Assembly: GCA_947302045.1 (NCBI GenBank)
Contig: CAMYUQ010000002.1
Location: 1-58,356 of the forward strand
Direction: 5' to 3'
Length of the DNA: 58,356 nucleotides
From: an uncultured Clostridia bacterium
GTDB taxonomy: Bacteria > Bacillota > Clostridia > Oscillospirales > CAG-272
This document shows, piece by piece, positions 56,981 through 58,356 of the stretch; positions within the stretch are counted from its first letter, which is position 1, and each line of letters begins with the position of its first letter. Below the pieces are notes generated by a model, which worked only from the letters and a program-made list of their open reading frames with translations, searched no databases and had not been told where the DNA came from. The position numbers and the translations under genes are program-made.

Positions 56981-58356
56981 TTACAGGAACCGGATGATCT
57001 GCTCGTCGTCCGCATCCAGAATCCGTTTCATGGCGATCTTTTCCCGCATCCGCTGCATCACGATTGCCCGGAAGCCGAGAAATTGAATGGTGATGAGCGG
57101 CGTCATGGCGACCATGGCGACAACGCCGAACGCCTCGCTCATCACGCGGTCGATCCCCTGCACCGTCGCGCACGCTCCGACCGCAAACGGCAGAATAAAG
57201 CCCGAGGTGAGCGGTCCGCTCGCCACGCCGCCCGAATCGAACGCGATCGCCGTATACAGTTTCGGAACGAAAAAGGCAAGCCCGAGAGAGAGGATGTAGC
57301 CCGGAACGAGATAATAGAGGATACTGAATCCGAGAAGGATCCGGATCATGGAAAGTCCGATCGAAATACCGACGCCGATCGAGAGCGCCAGCATCATCTC
57401 GGATTTATGAACCATCCCGTTGGTGATCTCCTCGACCTGTTTGTTCAGAATATGTACCGCTGGCTCTGCCAGAACCACGACCAGCCCGAGCAGGAATCCG
57501 AACGTTGGCAGCATCTCCGGATGCGCGGTTGAAATTTCGGTTCCGAGCTTATAGCCGATCGGCATGAACCCGATCGTTGCCGCCGCCAAAAAGAGAACAA
57601 GCCCGACAAACGTATAGAGGATTCCGATGGCAATCTGCTGGATCTTGCGGCGCGGAAGATGCAGAAACGCGATCTGGATCACGGCAAAGAAGATCACCAC
57701 AAGCCCGAGCGCACGCGCCACTTCCCGCGCGATCGAAAGAATCGATCTCCAAAATTCAGCTCCGAATTTCGAGATAATCCCGTAATCCGGCAACTCATAT
57801 ACAAGCGCACCGCTCATTCGGGTCCCCAGAACCATCACGGCAAGAACCGGACCCACCGAGCAGAGCGCAACCAGCCCGAAGCTGTTTGCTCCGGTATTCT
57901 TCCCGCCCAGCGTTGCCGCAATGCCGACCCCAAGCGCCATGAGAAAGGGGACGGTGATCGGCCCTGTCGTCACGCCACCCGAATCAAACGCGAGCGGCAG
58001 AAGCGCTCCGTTTCCGTTGACCAGCACCAACGTTGTCAGCGCGAACAGGATCAGATAGAAAAAGATCAGCATGGAGGAAAGATTTTGCGCGAACGCAATT
58101 TTCAGAATTGCAAGCACGAGGAACAGCCCTACCCCGACGCCGACCGTGACGATCAGTTCGGTGCTGTCAAACACGTCCGATACCTGCGCGGCAAGCACCG
58201 AAAGATCGGGTTCGGCAACCGTGATAAAAACGCCCATGACGAAGCAGACCGTGAGAAGAAGCCAGAGGCGTTTGGAGCGGGAAAGACCCGCGCCGACCTG
58301 TTCGCCCATCGGCGTCATCGCCATATCCGCTCCGAGATTAAAGAGCGCCATTCCGA
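56981..58356 (-). CDS. DUF1538-family polytopic membrane protein (5' end outside the window)
   Basis: ORF open to the window edge. More than 10 TM segments with internal duplication (FDSGGVTTGPITVPF / FDSGGVASGPLTSGF). My recollection is that DUF1538 genes are typically followed by P-II-like genes. Confidence 0.6.
   Translation of the reverse strand, partial: GMALFNLGADMAMTPMGEQVGAGLSRSKRLWLLLTVCFVMGVFITVAEPDLSVLAAQVSDVFDSTELIVTVGVGVGLFLVLAILKIAFAQNLSSMLIFFYLILFALTTLVLVNGNGALLPLAFDSGGVTTGPITVPFLMALGVGIAATLGGKNTGANSFGLVALCSVGPVLAVMVLGTRMSGALVYELPDYGIISKFGAEFWRSILSIAREVARALGLVVIFFAVIQIAFLHLPRRKIQQIAIGILYTFVGLVLFLAAATIGFMPIGYKLGTEISTAHPEMLPTFGFLLGLVVVLAEPAVHILNKQVEEITNGMVHKSEMMLALSIGVGISIGLSMIRILLGFSILYYLVPGYILSLGLAFFVPKLYTAIAFDSGGVASGPLTSGFILPFAVGACATVQGIDRVMSEAFGVVAMVAMTPLITIQFLGFRAIVMQRMREKIAMKRILDADDEQIIRFL

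Overview
58.4-kb chromosomal segment from a moderately GC-rich, Gram-positive, Clostridia-like bacterium. That placement is an inference from a T-box leader, near-consensus sigmaA-type promoters, GGAGG ribosome-binding sites, lipoprotein signal peptides, a split transketolase and a two-subunit class I fumarase. No similarity or HMM searches could be run, so all product calls rest on motif recognition by eye.

Layout:
- 1-1375: the end of a probable integrated mobile element (two DUF4314-like genes). It abuts the 3' end of a tRNA(CAT).
- 1.5-8.1 kb, + strand: Trp T-box leader controlling a stand-alone TrpB2, an LRR lipoprotein, ackA, a cation:proton antiporter and a GT8 glycosyltransferase.
- 8.2-33.2 kb, all on the minus strand: cytoplasmic glycan-processing enzymes (PHP, EEP, GH127-like, GH39-like, two SGNH esterases, rhamnose mutarotase, GH2, a second GH39-like protein, GH130). 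A 13-kb array of exported proteins at 17.6-30.6 kb interrupts this block.
- 33.7-58.4 kb: a Crp-family regulator with a NitT/TauT-type ABC operon, fumarase, tRNA-Tyr and tRNA-Thr, DUF3737, serC-serA, mreB-maf, transketolase, a ThyX-like protein, HAD, a CPBP protease, rpsO-pnp, a degenerate VanY-like protein, a lacZ-type GH2, and two PII-like genes with a DUF1538 membrane protein (truncated at the window edge).

The best candidate for something undescribed is the 17.6-30.6 kb array. It holds three paralogous secreted GLUG-repeat beta-helix proteins. Two of them carry discoidin-like modules and C-terminal EEP phosphoesterase domains, and one of those is frameshifted. Each of these two is preceded at a conserved 55-56 nt distance by a small ORF (42 and 47 aa) that falls below the ORF-track cutoff. 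The two small ORFs share a 25-residue N-terminal motif.

No CRISPR array, transposase, integrase or recognisable defence system was seen in this window.
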